A stretch of DNA of 47,636 nt from a virus (taxonomy: Duplodnaviria > Caudoviricetes): the IMG/VR virus record IMGVR_UViG_3300035140_000027, positions 1 through 47,636 of that record. One strand, 5' to 3'. Under the pieces are notes generated by a model, which saw only the letters and a list, made by a program, of their open reading frames with translations, was not told the DNA's origin and did no database searches. Positions 46,810 to 47,636 of this stretch are shown piece after piece. Positions within the stretch are counted from its first letter, which is position 1. Each line of letters starts with the position of its first letter. A program made the translations under genes and the position numbers.

Positions 46810-47461
46810 CTTCGAGCAGGGCTTTTTTTATGTCTCGCTTTAGCGGCTTGATGAGAGATGACAGTTCGCCCCGTACGGCAACTTCGACATCCTCCCTTGG
46901 TACCCCCTTCTCTCCTCTGAGCTCGGCCTCTATTCCAGACCGAATGAGGGCGTAAGCGGTAGACGTGATGGTCTTGGCGCCGTCGGTCTGTATGCGGACA
47001 AGAAATGTTTCCAGTGGATTCCAGACGCCGCGGATCATGACCTCGCGGGCAACGAGTCTGCCCTCTATTTGGGCGTTTTTGAGCTCCAATTGCTGCGCTT
47101 GTGCGGCGAGTTTTCGACGCTCAAGCGTGAGCTTGTTCATTGCGCTGGAGATTTCTTCGTCGTTGTACTCTCGTTCGGTGGGTGGCTGAGGTGGCGGTTT
47201 CGGCGTCGATTTTAATTTGTCCGGTATTCCATCGTCAATTTCATCGGCTGACGACTGGGTAGAAATACTGCCGATTTTTACCCCATTTTTCACTACCCCT
47301 TTTCTCTTCAATCTCTTCTTGATATAGGCTTGTGTTCTTTCGTCATCCAGATCTATGCCGCCGTCTTTCTCGGTGATTACGCCACGTTTAGTAGCCATTG
47401 TAACCGCGCTACGTGTCAGTCTGTAGATTTTCGAAAAGTCGTTCTTTGATACTATGCCCAT
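46796..47461 (-). CDS. Terminase small subunit (Nu1-like)
   Basis: N-terminal wHTH (SKNDFSKIYRLTRSAVT), LELKNAQIEGRLV coiled coil; upstream of terL. Confidence 0.8.
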   Translation of the reverse strand: MGIVSKNDFSKIYRLTRSAVTMATKRGVITEKDGGIDLDDERTQAYIKKRLKRKGVVKNGVKIGSISTQSSADEIDDGIPDKLKSTPKPPPQPPTEREYNDEEISSAMNKLTLERRKLAAQAQQLELKNAQIEGRLVAREVMIRGVWNPLETFLVRIQTDGAKTITSTAYALIRSGIEAELRGEKGVPREDVEVAVRGELSSLIKPLKRDIKKALLEDVQH

Positions 47462-47467
47462 GTCCAA

Positions 47468-47587
47468 ATTGTTAACAATCTCCCGTATGTTGTCAATTTG
47501 TTAACAAGTGAGTTAACAAAATGGCAACCAAGCTTTGTCCTGTAAATAAGACAAGATGGGAATTCTTGTTAAAAATTTTTGTTAACT
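47468..47587 (-). promoter_or_regulatory. terS promoter (TTGACA-17-AACAAT) with repeated TTGTTAACAA palindromes (cosB/operator candidates)
   Basis: -35 at 47491-47496, -10 at 47468-47473; palindromes at 47469, 47498, 47512, 47566, 47579. Confidence 0.6.
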
Positions 47588-47620
47588 GAAAAAAAAACCT
47601 GGGATAGCGCAAAAGGCGAG

Positions 47621-47636
47621 GTACGCATATAAACAC
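47621..47636. repeat. Right copy of 16-nt terminal direct repeat
   Basis: Identical to 1-16. Confidence 0.9.

Noticed and set aside
22576-47467. Numerous plus-strand ORFs over the structural region
   Set aside because: Antisense shadows of well-supported minus-strand genes, with no motifs
1-47636. Stop-codon reassignment, tRNA or rRNA genes
   Set aside because: Core genes are intact in code 11 and end in TAA, TAG and TGA; no cloverleaf or rRNA-like segment seen by eye

Overview
The window appears to be one complete ~47.6 kb tailed dsDNA phage genome. Its two ends share a 16-nt repeat centred in a lambda-like cos site, with cosQ GGGTCCT next to it. The minus-strand right arm (22-47.5 kb) is a morphogenesis operon: a lambda-like head (terS, GpA terL, gpW, portal, S49 protease, decoration protein, major capsid) plus a Mu-like contractile tail (sheath, tube, frameshifting chaperone, tape measure, baseplate, two fibre-like genes). 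It also carries two unusual passengers, an LRR protein and a GT25 glycosyltransferase. The left half has divergent early arms around a control region at ~9.5-9.7 kb. Leftward are an HTH protein, a replication initiator with internal iterons, DnaB, an SLT transglycosylase behind a sigma54-type promoter, and a DNA methyltransferase. Rightward are an SMC-like ATPase, a putative annealase, YqaJ, an ASCH-like protein, HNH, DUF5131 and many small ORFs. I recognised no integrase, CI-type repressor, CRISPR array, tRNA or reverse transcriptase. The most unusual signal is an exact 174-bp circularly permuted copy of part of the portal gene, inserted in frame in a small early ORF upstream of the replication initiator. 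Several other microhomology- or direct-repeat-bounded rearrangements accompany it and suggest gene shuffling through small DNA circles or template switching. All protein calls come from motif recognition and synteny by eye; no database search was run.
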